The notes under the pieces were generated by a model. That model had not been told where the DNA came from. It was given only the letters and a program-made list of their open reading frames with translations, and searched no databases. A program made the translations under genes and the position numbers. DNA of 64,000 nucleotides from Thermodesulfobacteriota bacterium (lineage in GTDB: Bacteria > Desulfobacterota_D > UBA1144 > Nemesobacterales > JAJCZQ01). How positions within the stretch are numbered: the first letter of the stretch is position 1; each line of letters begins with the position of its first letter. Below, piece after piece: positions 42,745 to 51,804 of this stretch. The stretch lies in NCBI GenBank assembly GCA_965203965.1, contig CBDBDR010000017.1, positions 1,443,947 through 1,507,946 on the forward strand. The letters are read 5' to 3'.

Positions 42745-43647
42745 ATGGCTGTTATTGACCGCGGAAAGCATATGATTATTATAAACCCAAAATCCGGGGC
42801 AGGTATTAATAGAAGCAGAATATTACAGATAAAAAATTTCTTGGACGACAGAAGGGTCAACTATGAGATAAAATACACACGTGCAAAAGACGATGCTGCA
42901 GAGTTTGCTGATTCAGCGTTAGAAAAAAATTTTTCATGTGTTGTGTCAGTTGGGGGGGATGGAACTTCAAGCCAAATAGTGAATTCAATACAAGGTAGTG
43001 ATATACTTTTCACGGTAATTCCCTCCGGGAGTGCCAATGATTTTCCCAAAGCAGCAGGTATCCCAATTGATCTTGAATTAGCACTTAAAAACATTGTGAA
43101 CGGAAAAACAAGAACTATAAACGTAGGAAAATTTGAAAATAGATTTTTTATAAATGGATTTGGGGTGGGGCTGGATGGAGCGGTGGCAAACAGGTTCAAG
43201 ATGATGAGATTTCTTGGCGGATTTTTTGGTTATCTTTCAGGTGCTTTCATTGAGGCTTTTAAGTTTCCCGGTTTTAAGGCGGAGGTTAATACAGGCGGAA
43301 GTATTTATAAAGGTGAGTTTCTTCTTGTGGGAGCTTCAAATGGTCCAACACAGGGGGGTATAAAGTTGGCACCAGAAGCAAGCATCAGCGACAACTTGCT
43401 TGATGTCTATTTAATACGTAATATGGGATTGATAAAAAGGCTGAACACACTGAAAAGTGTATTGAGTGCCAGTCATACAAAGATGGATGAGGTAAGTATA
43501 ATCAAACTGGAAGAAGTAAAACTGACCATAGATAGGGATATACCCGCACATATTGATGGGGAGACGTTCGAGTTGAAAAAAGGAACGCACAACATAAGTA
43601 TTATAAGAAATGGCTTGAAAGTTTTGACAAGTTCACAAACTGTTTAA
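42745..43647 (+). CDS. Diacylglycerol kinase family lipid kinase
   Basis: INPKSG, GGDGT, PSGSANDF and IDGE. Confidence 0.88.
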   Translation: MAVIDRGKHMIIINPKSGAGINRSRILQIKNFLDDRRVNYEIKYTRAKDDAAEFADSALEKNFSCVVSVGGDGTSSQIVNSIQGSDILFTVIPSGSANDFPKAAGIPIDLELALKNIVNGKTRTINVGKFENRFFINGFGVGLDGAVANRFKMMRFLGGFFGYLSGAFIEAFKFPGFKAEVNTGGSIYKGEFLLVGASNGPTQGGIKLAPEASISDNLLDVYLIRNMGLIKRLNTLKSVLSASHTKMDEVSIIKLEEVKLTIDRDIPAHIDGETFELKKGTHNISIIRNGLKVLTSSQTV

Positions 43648-43729
43648 TTTTTCCCTCTTAGATTTGGATATTGATTTATTGGTTAGTATTAAGGGTGCAA
43701 ATAATTTTTATCGTTGCAGGTAAGCTACA

Positions 43730-44464
43730 ATGCTCACTACATTTATTAGTTATGTGTTGATCTTTTTTCTTACGATTTTCTGGGGATTGATAGGTTTGGT
43801 GCTTGCTTTATTCTCTAACCGCTTGTCAGTTAAATACGTCATCAGACCCTGGGGAATATCAATGTTGTGGGCATGTAGAATAAAATTAAAAGTGGAAGGT
43901 GTTGAGAATATTCCAGAAGAAAGATCAATTATAATGTATAACCATCAAAGTTCATTTGATATACTGGCTTTTTGTGCTGCCTTGCCCATTGAGTGGAAAG
44001 CTATTATGAAAAAAGAAGTGTCGGTTATACCGTTTATAGGATGGATAGCAAGATTGTCGGGTCATTACTTTGTTGCTAGGGATGGTTCAAGGGGAGATAC
44101 GAAGGAAGTCAAGAGAATTGTCTCACGTATCAAGACTGGTCCGTCAGTTATTATGTCACCCGAAGGTACAAGGAGTGAAGATGGTAGGTTGTTGCCGTTC
44201 AAAAAAGGTGGTTTTTTAATTGCTATGCTTTCCGGCGTGCCAGTTGTCCCCATGGTTATATGGGGTGGTATGAACGTGGCAAAAAAAGACAGATTTAAGT
44301 TGGAATCCAACAAGGAGATGCTTGTTAAAATACTTGAGCCTATAGAGGTTGACAGGCTACCGGGGGGAAGAAAGGGTAGGGAGGAGCTTGAACAAATGGT
44401 TAGAACTAAAATGGAAGAGGTTATCAATGGGCAGCTGGAATTGGAGAACCGAGATCAAGGCTGA
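43730..44464 (+). CDS. plsC: 1-acyl-sn-glycerol-3-phosphate acyltransferase
   Basis: NHQSSFD, PEGTRS and FKKGGF. Confidence 0.85.
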   Translation: MLTTFISYVLIFFLTIFWGLIGLVLALFSNRLSVKYVIRPWGISMLWACRIKLKVEGVENIPEERSIIMYNHQSSFDILAFCAALPIEWKAIMKKEVSVIPFIGWIARLSGHYFVARDGSRGDTKEVKRIVSRIKTGPSVIMSPEGTRSEDGRLLPFKKGGFLIAMLSGVPVVPMVIWGGMNVAKKDRFKLESNKEMLVKILEPIEVDRLPGGRKGREELEQMVRTKMEEVINGQLELENRDQG

Positions 44465-44540
44465 AGGTATTTCCCCTGCGTGTTTTTTTCGCATAATAGT
44501 GTAGCATTTCCCCTGTAAACAGGAGGTTAAAAATACAACA

Positions 44541-46199
44541 ATGCACAACAATCATATAGCAGATATTGATATTGCCACCATCACACTCTTGGCTGGCATG
44601 CCTGTGAATAAGAAAATAGTCAATCCCAAGAAGCCAAAGGATATGGCTGAAAAGGTTAGGGTTACTTTTAGACCACTGCCTGAACCATACTATAAAACTG
44701 ATATTAAAACTTTCAGACAGTCTTTGCTTGAATGCCTGAAAGATAATAGGGTTGAGGTTGTACCTTGGAACGAAGCTACTTCTAAAGATAATTCAGGTGG
44801 TTTGCTCTCAAAAATATTCAGTGGGAGAAAAGTCAAAAGGAATATAAATGCGGTTGTGGACGTAAAAAGACAGCAGTCGCCGATAAAGAAGATACTCAGC
44901 CGCATAGCCGAAGGGATATACGGTTTTATAAGAAACTCGGATAGATCAGTTATGAATATTATAAAGATAAGTGCATGGGCTGATGATTTTACCGCGAGGC
45001 ATGTGCAAGACCCTTTTAACACACAGATAATTACCCTTATGGATCTTGATCCCGAGTTTAAGGATAAGTCAACTACTTATGAAAGGAAAATAGTATTGGG
45101 TTTGAATAATCTCATTTCCACTATGTCGGAAATAGTCATAGGGGTTTCAAGTCATAGCTTTACCATAGTGAATATGAATTTGTCAGACTCTCTTTATGAT
45201 CTCAAAGAGTTGGATGGTTTTGTTGCAAAATCACTAATTCCTAAAATATACGCCCCGATCAAGCCCCCCGTCCTGAACAGATTTGTAAAAGGAGAGTTTG
45301 CCCCGGAGGATAATGAATACGCCAAGAGATTATCACAGCTTGGAAGAACACTTAAAGAGACGGGACTTTTTCCTAAGGGGTCAAAGTTCAGCGATAAGAT
45401 CAGGAGGCAATCACACAGGGATATAGTTAATAAAATTCTTGACGGCAGGACAGGTGTATCATACGGCTTTATTGCTCTTGCTGAGGAGCCAAAATATTAC
45501 GGACAGAAGAGATTGAACATCAATGAATGGGAAAAGCTGAATAATATTGAGAGGATAAACCCCGATTACATAAGAGAAAATGAAGAGGGTAGGTGGTATA
45601 TCAAGACCGGTGGTGATGGGGAAGATGTGTATCAGCAGGTTCCGGATATAAACGTTGTAACTTCAAGGTCTGGATGTGATAAGACCGAGTTGAACCCAGA
45701 AACTGACATTGTAAGAATAGGGTTGATCAAAAGCAAACTTTATTTGCAAACTCCGGCCGGAATAAATTTAAGTAGAAAGGATGTGAGACCTTCTTTTGAT
45801 ACTTACGTAATATTGGCGCAGGCATTATCGGCTTCCTTATACACACCGGAAATAATAAAAGATGGTATGCCCATACTCCATTTTCACGGCTATCCTAAGC
45901 CGGATTGGTTTTGTGAAAACGAATATCATGCGGGAGCAGGCAACCCTTCCCTTCCTTGTGGGACAATTGAAGCAGCAATACTTAACTATTCCGCTATTTA
46001 TGAGCTTGCAAGCAGAAATGCAGGGAATGCCAGTCTGTTCTGTCTTGTTGAATCAGACCACGGCGTGAACATTATGGGCCCCGATAAAGAATACATAATT
46101 GACCGGTTGAAGAGTGGCAGCAAAAGCGGGAAGATAATGCTCGGTGGTGCTTACTTGCCATTGTTGAAAGAGAGTGAATCGGGTGCGTGTTCGCACTGA
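44541..46199 (+). CDS. Hypothetical protein with C-terminal class II aldolase/adducin-like domain
   Basis: The ordered motifs SRSGCDK..L..E.DIV, RPSFDT, HFH, PCGT and DHG follow the class II aldolase pattern. Strong RBS (AGGAGG). Confidence 0.55.
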   Translation: MHNNHIADIDIATITLLAGMPVNKKIVNPKKPKDMAEKVRVTFRPLPEPYYKTDIKTFRQSLLECLKDNRVEVVPWNEATSKDNSGGLLSKIFSGRKVKRNINAVVDVKRQQSPIKKILSRIAEGIYGFIRNSDRSVMNIIKISAWADDFTARHVQDPFNTQIITLMDLDPEFKDKSTTYERKIVLGLNNLISTMSEIVIGVSSHSFTIVNMNLSDSLYDLKELDGFVAKSLIPKIYAPIKPPVLNRFVKGEFAPEDNEYAKRLSQLGRTLKETGLFPKGSKFSDKIRRQSHRDIVNKILDGRTGVSYGFIALAEEPKYYGQKRLNINEWEKLNNIERINPDYIRENEEGRWYIKTGGDGEDVYQQVPDINVVTSRSGCDKTELNPETDIVRIGLIKSKLYLQTPAGINLSRKDVRPSFDTYVILAQALSASLYTPEIIKDGMPILHFHGYPKPDWFCENEYHAGAGNPSLPCGTIEAAILNYSAIYELASRNAGNASLFCLVESDHGVNIMGPDKEYIIDRLKSGSKSGKIMLGGAYLPLLKESESGACSH

Positions 46200-46279
46200 C
46201 TGCCTAAACTGACTTACTATTTATTGCCATTTTATTTGTTGTTTTCTCTCAACGGATTACTGGGAAACTTAATTCACCA

Positions 46280-47185
46280 ATGTTGTTAAACAAGGATAAA
46301 ACTGATATTAGAGTTGGCTGGATAGGTACGGGTATCATGGGGTCTCCGATGTGTGGACACCTGATCGCAGATGGCTATAAAACTTCGGTTTACAACAGGA
46401 GCAGAGTTAAGGCGGAAGAACTTATAAAAAATGGTGCCACTTGGTGCGATACTCCATACGAGGTCGCAAGCAAATCAGACGTGATATTTACAATGGTCGG
46501 TTTTCCATCTGACGTCAGAGAGGTTTATTTTGGTGAGGGAGGTATTCTGAAGTCATTGGAGGCGGGGAAAGTTCTTGTGGATATGACCACTACGGAACCT
46601 TCACTGTCGGTAGAAATATACAATGAAGCCAAACGACTCACTTCTCACTCGGTTGACGCACCAGTTTCTGGGGGAGACACAGGTGCGCAAAAAGGGGAGC
46701 TTTCAATAATGGTTGGCGGAGACCGGGACGTTGTGGATTACATTATGCCACTGTTGTCCCTGATGGGTCGCCGAATTGTTTACGAGGGAGGTGCCGGTTC
46801 GGGTCAGCATACCAAGATGTGCAATCAAATTACCGTTGCGGGGATCATGATAGGTATTTGTGAATCACTGTTGTATTGTCATAAGGCGGGGTTAAGTCAG
46901 GAGAAGATGGTAAGGACCATCTGTGCAGGCGCTGGTTCCACGTGGCTCATGGAAAATCTGGGACCCAGAATTATTGAAGGTGATTTCAATCCTGGCTTTC
47001 TTGTGGAGCATTTTATTAAGGACCTCGGGATTGCAGTTTACGAAGCTGGGAAAATGAATATTGATCTACACGGTCTGAAACTTGCAAAACTGCTTTATGA
47101 AAAGGCAAAAGATATGGGTTACGGTAAATCGGGAACACAAGCTCTTTATATTGCTTTGAAAGAAATTTCCAAAATAAAGAAGTAG
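46280..47185 (+). CDS. NAD(P)-dependent beta-hydroxyacid dehydrogenase (3-hydroxyisobutyrate dehydrogenase family)
   Basis: GWIGTGIMG, DAPVSGG, KMCNQ and FIKDL. Confidence 0.88.
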   Translation: MLLNKDKTDIRVGWIGTGIMGSPMCGHLIADGYKTSVYNRSRVKAEELIKNGATWCDTPYEVASKSDVIFTMVGFPSDVREVYFGEGGILKSLEAGKVLVDMTTTEPSLSVEIYNEAKRLTSHSVDAPVSGGDTGAQKGELSIMVGGDRDVVDYIMPLLSLMGRRIVYEGGAGSGQHTKMCNQITVAGIMIGICESLLYCHKAGLSQEKMVRTICAGAGSTWLMENLGPRIIEGDFNPGFLVEHFIKDLGIAVYEAGKMNIDLHGLKLAKLLYEKAKDMGYGKSGTQALYIALKEISKIKK

Positions 47186-47211
47186 AGCACGAGAGATTCT
47201 ACTCATAATTA

Positions 47212-48021
47212 TTACAACTGTTTTACTTGTATTGATACATTTATTTTTTCTTTACTGTTGCCAAATCGTATTCCGGATATAGGTGCGGCACTGGTGTAGT
47301 CAAGTCCGGTAGCTATACGAACATAGCGTTCATCGGGGAATATTTGATTGGAAACGTCAAAAGCCACCCATCCGATACTTTCCGTCCAGATTTCAGCCCA
47401 AGCATGACTCGCTTCTTGTTCTGTCTTTGCTTCCACCAGCATATACCCGCTGACGTATCTGGCGGGAAAACCAAGCAGACGTGCCGCACTTATAAAGACA
47501 TGCGCATGATCCTGACAGACTCCACCACCCGCTTCAATCACCTCTTCTGCTGAAGTTTCAGTGTTTGTTTTTCCGTTCTTGTATGGGACAGCATCTGCAA
47601 CAACTTCTGATAACATTTGCAGGTATGAAATATCGTCTCTTTTGGATCTGTTAGTAGATAAAGGTTTGATGAGTTTTTTAATGTTTTTCCCCGGTAGAGT
47701 AGCAACCGTAGGCTGCTTGAAATGCCATAAAGGAACATAACCACTGTGAACTCCCACTATTCCCAACTTGTTAATTGTCTCAACTGTGCCTCCACACGTT
47801 ATACTGATCTTTGAACTACCCGAGTTGAGACTTGCAAGTATTACCATGTTGTTGTGCTGATCTACAAAATCCAGTTCTTTTTTCCCATTTTCAATCTTTA
47901 CGTTCCATTTCAGGACTTTCTGTGAATCTGTTGTATGCGGCGTGAGACGTATCTGCTGCATGGCGTGGTTGATTGGGTTGTCAAATTCATACTTAGTTGA
48001 GTGGAAAATTTTCAATCTCAT
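47212..48021 (-). CDS. Transglutaminase family protein
   Basis: GVCQDHAH, ARYVSGY, HAWAE and GLDY..AAP. Confidence 0.9.
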   Translation of the reverse strand: MRLKIFHSTKYEFDNPINHAMQQIRLTPHTTDSQKVLKWNVKIENGKKELDFVDQHNNMVILASLNSGSSKISITCGGTVETINKLGIVGVHSGYVPLWHFKQPTVATLPGKNIKKLIKPLSTNRSKRDDISYLQMLSEVVADAVPYKNGKTNTETSAEEVIEAGGGVCQDHAHVFISAARLLGFPARYVSGYMLVEAKTEQEASHAWAEIWTESIGWVAFDVSNQIFPDERYVRIATGLDYTSAAPISGIRFGNSKEKINVSIQVKQL

Positions 48022-48025
48022 ATTT

Positions 48026-48967
48026 CTACCTGTAAAATCGGAAGTCAGTTTGTATCTGTTCACTCAACATATCGTTGTCACGTATTAACACTCCCAGAAA
48101 CTGATGAAGACCGGATTCAAAAACAGTATCAATTGAGCTTGTGTGCAACTTTTTCATGATCTTTTCAGCACTATCAATTGAAGGGTAGGAGACACTGTGT
48201 CCTTCGGCTATAAGTGTAAGATTTTTATGTATCTCCTCATAGCAATTTGCAAGCGACCTTGGCATCCGCTTTTCAAGAATTAGAAACTCCGCAATTAGCT
48301 TGGGGTCAATGTAATCTTTGTTGAGCCATTTATAGATGTGTTGAGCTGAAACGGCTCTCAGTATGGTTTCCCACTGTATGTTGTCAAGAGTGCTACCTAT
48401 GAGAGAAACGGATGGAAGTAGAACGTAATACTTAACGTCCAGTATGCGTGCCATGTTGTCTGCTCTTTCTATATGAGTGCCGATCCGAGCAAAGAAAAAA
48501 ATATCGTCACGTAGCGTGGTTCCGAAGAGCATGCCACGGATCAGAGCACTCTGCTGTCTAATTTTTGCAAGCACAATAGGCAGGTCTTGCTCCCTGACTT
48601 GTTTGCTGAGTATATTTTTCATTGTTATCCAGCATGTGTTGATGGATTCCCACATGTCTCGGCTCAGGTAAGATCGTGCCATTCTTGCGTTATTGCGGGC
48701 AGACTCAATTGCCGACATTACGCTGGAGGGGTTGTCTTGATCATTCAACAAGAACTCAATAATTGCTTTAGCATCATATTTTTTGTGTTTTTCCAGAAAG
48801 AGTTCTTTATTGCCTCCCGTGCTGATCAGAGATGCCCACTCGTTTTCAGCTGCCACCGAGCGGGTCATCGCGATCCGAAAACCTGCTTCAAGCATCCTTG
48901 CGGTGTTTTCAGTTCTTTCAAGGTAACGGAATATCCAAAATATTTCTCCTGCAGTTTTACCGAGCAT
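48026..48967 (-). CDS. Alpha-E domain protein (DUF403)
   Basis: RYLERTENTAR, ARNNAR, IERADNMARILDVKY and PRSL. Confidence 0.9.
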   Translation of the reverse strand: MLGKTAGEIFWIFRYLERTENTARMLEAGFRIAMTRSVAAENEWASLISTGGNKELFLEKHKKYDAKAIIEFLLNDQDNPSSVMSAIESARNNARMARSYLSRDMWESINTCWITMKNILSKQVREQDLPIVLAKIRQQSALIRGMLFGTTLRDDIFFFARIGTHIERADNMARILDVKYYVLLPSVSLIGSTLDNIQWETILRAVSAQHIYKWLNKDYIDPKLIAEFLILEKRMPRSLANCYEEIHKNLTLIAEGHSVSYPSIDSAEKIMKKLHTSSIDTVFESGLHQFLGVLIRDNDMLSEQIQTDFRFYR

Positions 48968-48974
48968 ATATTTA

Positions 48975-50681
48975 TTAATTCTCCAAAGTTTCTTCCGCAA
49001 GGACCCAAGTGTCTTTTGTGCCTCCTCCCTGACTGGAGTTGACAACGAGCGACCCTTTCTTGAGTGCAACTCGCGTTAGTCCACCCGGAACAATTTTTAT
49101 CTCTTTCGGTGAAACCAAAACAAATGGTCTGAGATCAACGTGACGTGGAGATAGTCCTTCTTTTGTCAATATAGGCACGGTAGAAAGCGAAAGGGTTGGT
49201 TGAGCTATGTAGTTTTCCGGATTTGCCTTGAGTTTATCCCGAAAATCTGCCAACTCTTTTTTGCTTGCCGCCGGTCCGACCAGCATACCGTAACCACCAG
49301 AACCATACACTTCCTTGACAACCAAGTTAGAAAGGTTGTCCAGCGTATATTTTAACCCTTCCGATTCAGAGCATCGCCAGGTTTCAACATTTTTCAGGAT
49401 TGCTCTTTCACCAGTATAAAATTCAATGATTTCAGGCATATATGAATAGATGGATTTGTTATCCGCTATGCCAGTCCCCGGAGCATTGGCAATTGTGATA
49501 CCTCCTGATCTGTAAACGTCAAATATGCCCGGGACTCCCAGAACTGAATCTGGTTTAAAATTGAGAGGGTCAAGGTAATCGTCATCAATGCGTCTATAAA
49601 GAACGTCAATTGGGGTGTATCCCATAGTAGTGCGCATTGCAACCCTTCCGTTGACAATACGCAGATCGTGTCCCTCAACAAGCTCAACTCCCATCAAATC
49701 CGCAAGAGATGCATGTTCAAAAAAAGCGGAGTTATGTATTCCCGGGGTTAAAATTGCAACTACTGGCATACCATCACACACACTCGGGGCGCATCGTCTC
49801 AGGTGTCGCCTTAATTGAACCGGGTAGTCAATTACTATCTGAACGTTTATATGAGTGAAAAGCTCTGGGAACATGTGCAGCATAGTTTCTCTGTTTTCTA
49901 TCATATATGCCACACCGGACGGCGTGCGTGCGTTGTCTTCGAGAACGTAAAATTCTTCTTCGTCCGTGCGGACTATGTCAACTCCCACCACTTGGGTATA
50001 AACGTTTCCGGGTGGTGTTACCCCTATCATTTGAGGCAGAAAAGATGCATTGCCTTTTATCATTTCTAGAGGGATTCTCCCTGCTTTTATTATCTCTTGC
50101 CTGTGGTAAATGTCGTGAAGAAACGCATTCATGGCTTGAACCCTCTGCTCAATTCCCTTGGACAGGTGTCTCCATTCTTTATTGGAAATTATACGTGGCA
50201 CTATATCAAATGGGATTAAGCGTTCATTATCACCTTCTTCGTAAGTGTTGAAAGTCATACCTGTGCGCTGAAAAAAATCCTTAGTTTCCCTAGACTTTGT
50301 GTTCAGCCGGGTAATCTTTTCGGAGTCAAACCATTTTTTGTATTCATAGTAAGGCTCGCGGGATACCCCGTTCTTACCAAACATTTCATCAAAATATTCG
50401 GAGTGGGTGTTACTGGGAAAATGGATTTCCCAGTTCATGTCAAATTTTTTGGCAACTTGTTTATCAAAGGCTTTGTTTATTTCATTTTTTGATAGCTTGA
50501 AATTCTCAAGGCTCCATTCCAACGTCATAGTGAACGTGTTTTCCTTTGCATTAACTTGTTGGTTAAGAGAGGTTATAGCTCCGCCGTTCTCGGAAATGAA
50601 TTTGGTAATAATTCCTATTAGTTCGCTTTCATTTTGGCAACGGATGTTTAAGACTGCCAAATTTTCAGGATTTGTTGGCAT
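48975..50681 (-). CDS. Circularly permuted type 2 ATP-grasp protein with N-terminal PurU-like ACT domain
   Basis: IPFDIVPR, EDNARTPSG, YRRIDDD, HVDLRPF and VVNSSQGGGTKDTW. An extra ~90-aa N-terminus resembles the PurU ACT domain. Confidence 0.88.
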   Translation of the reverse strand: MPTNPENLAVLNIRCQNESELIGIITKFISENGGAITSLNQQVNAKENTFTMTLEWSLENFKLSKNEINKAFDKQVAKKFDMNWEIHFPSNTHSEYFDEMFGKNGVSREPYYEYKKWFDSEKITRLNTKSRETKDFFQRTGMTFNTYEEGDNERLIPFDIVPRIISNKEWRHLSKGIEQRVQAMNAFLHDIYHRQEIIKAGRIPLEMIKGNASFLPQMIGVTPPGNVYTQVVGVDIVRTDEEEFYVLEDNARTPSGVAYMIENRETMLHMFPELFTHINVQIVIDYPVQLRRHLRRCAPSVCDGMPVVAILTPGIHNSAFFEHASLADLMGVELVEGHDLRIVNGRVAMRTTMGYTPIDVLYRRIDDDYLDPLNFKPDSVLGVPGIFDVYRSGGITIANAPGTGIADNKSIYSYMPEIIEFYTGERAILKNVETWRCSESEGLKYTLDNLSNLVVKEVYGSGGYGMLVGPAASKKELADFRDKLKANPENYIAQPTLSLSTVPILTKEGLSPRHVDLRPFVLVSPKEIKIVPGGLTRVALKKGSLVVNSSQGGGTKDTWVLAEETLEN

Positions 50682-50836
50682 TAACTGCGTCTCCTGGTTA
50701 CAGAATACATGGAAGCTTTAAGAATAATCAAATTTTGAGAATGGTAGAAATTTAATCGGGTGCCATTGATAAAATATGTGGATTTTTATCAAACAACAGG
50801 TAGTTTGGTCTATCCGACAGGATTAGCTATCTATAC

Positions 50837-50922
50837 GGAGGGTTGGCAGAACGGCTAATGCACCGGTCTTGAAAACCGGCGTCCGAGAGGACTTGGGGGT
50901 TCGAATCCCTCACCCTCCGCCA
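50837..50922 (+). tRNA. tRNA-Ser(TGA)
   Basis: GGAGGGTTGGCAGAACGG...CCGGT-CTTGAAA-ACCGG, a long variable arm, GTTCGAATC, and ends CCCTCCGCCA. Confidence 0.96.
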
Positions 50923-51014
50923 ATTAGGAAATGGGGCACTTTGAGCCAATACTCGCCAGACAATTTTGGCTTCAAAGCGGAAATTTTCTCATTTCTTGTC
51001 ATACGTTGTACTAC

Positions 51015-51098
51015 TTAAAGATAACTTTTTATGGTTTTTGAACTGTAGTTTTTGATTTTCAGGTTTAGATCTGTCTTTTGCAGTTCTGTTGTTTGTAT
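51015..51098 (-). pseudogene. Relic N-terminus of an integron-type tyrosine recombinase
   Basis: The minus strand translates to IQTTELQKTDLNLKIKNYSSKTIKSYL*. This matches the L+lRnYS.kTiksY start of the integrase N-terminal SAM-like domain. It points away from the cassette array. Confidence 0.65.
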
Positions 51099-51139
51099 AA
51101 ATCTTTTAAAGATGTTAAGTTGAGTCAGTTTTTATGCGG

Positions 51140-51217
51140 TTAAAATGTGTCAGGATTTCGCATAATAAACAATTTATTGATTGAATTGTGAAAACATTGC
51201 GTATAAAAGAGTTGTTC
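51140..51217 (+). other. Putative attI region; crossover GTT at 51211
   Basis: Lies between the integrase relic and the first cassette. GTTGTTCAACATAAA at 51211 matches the reverse complement of the cassette 1 end at 11/15 positions. Left boundary is a guess. Confidence 0.45.
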
Positions 51218-51252
51218 AACATAAACAGGCTTAATTAATAGGAAGCAACATA

Positions 51253-51540
51253 ATGAAGAAATCAAAGTTAGGCATACTTTTTGTGGGGTTATATATTCTC
51301 TTCATCGGTGGCTTATTTGCGTATGTTGAATTTCTCTGTCAGCCCTGCCAAGATGCATTATATCGTGGTTTTACTATGCTCATTCCAGCTTTGCCATGGA
51401 TTTTCTATGCCATAGATTTTGGCTTTGGCTACTTAGGCTACTTAATGTCTATAATAATAAATGTAGTTATAATATATTTTATTGGGGCGGGCGTACAAAA
51501 AGTCGTACAAAAAATATATAATCAAATCAAAGAACGTTAA
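51253..51540 (+). CDS. Small membrane protein (cassette 1)
   Basis: 95 aa with about three hydrophobic segments and a CQPC motif. RBS AGGAAG. Confidence 0.7.
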   Translation: MKKSKLGILFVGLYILFIGGLFAYVEFLCQPCQDALYRGFTMLIPALPWIFYAIDFGFGYLGYLMSIIINVVIIYFIGAGVQKVVQKIYNQIKER

Positions 51541-51558
51541 AGAATTATAATTTACTTC

Positions 51559-51737
51559 GCACAACACCCGGACTCGGTTGCAATTACATACTGAGTTGTC
51601 CACGGTAATCTCAGTGTTGTCGTCTCATTGAATAGCGAGTAGGTTTACTCGAGGGGTGTAGTTGGCTCGGCTTTAGAGTCTCGCAATTATACCCGCAGTC
51701 GGGAAGACATGATTTCCGATACTGTGGACAGTTAGCT
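51559..51737 (+). repeat. attC-like site 1 (long, atypical)
   Basis: GCACAAC...GTTAGCT with inner inverted repeat TGTCCACGGTAATC / GATACTGTGGACA. Confidence 0.55.
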
Positions 51738-51804
51738 GAAATATTCTCTTTTTCTATAATTTTAAAATTAACTATACTATTATAATAATTCAAGTGATAA
51801 AAAT

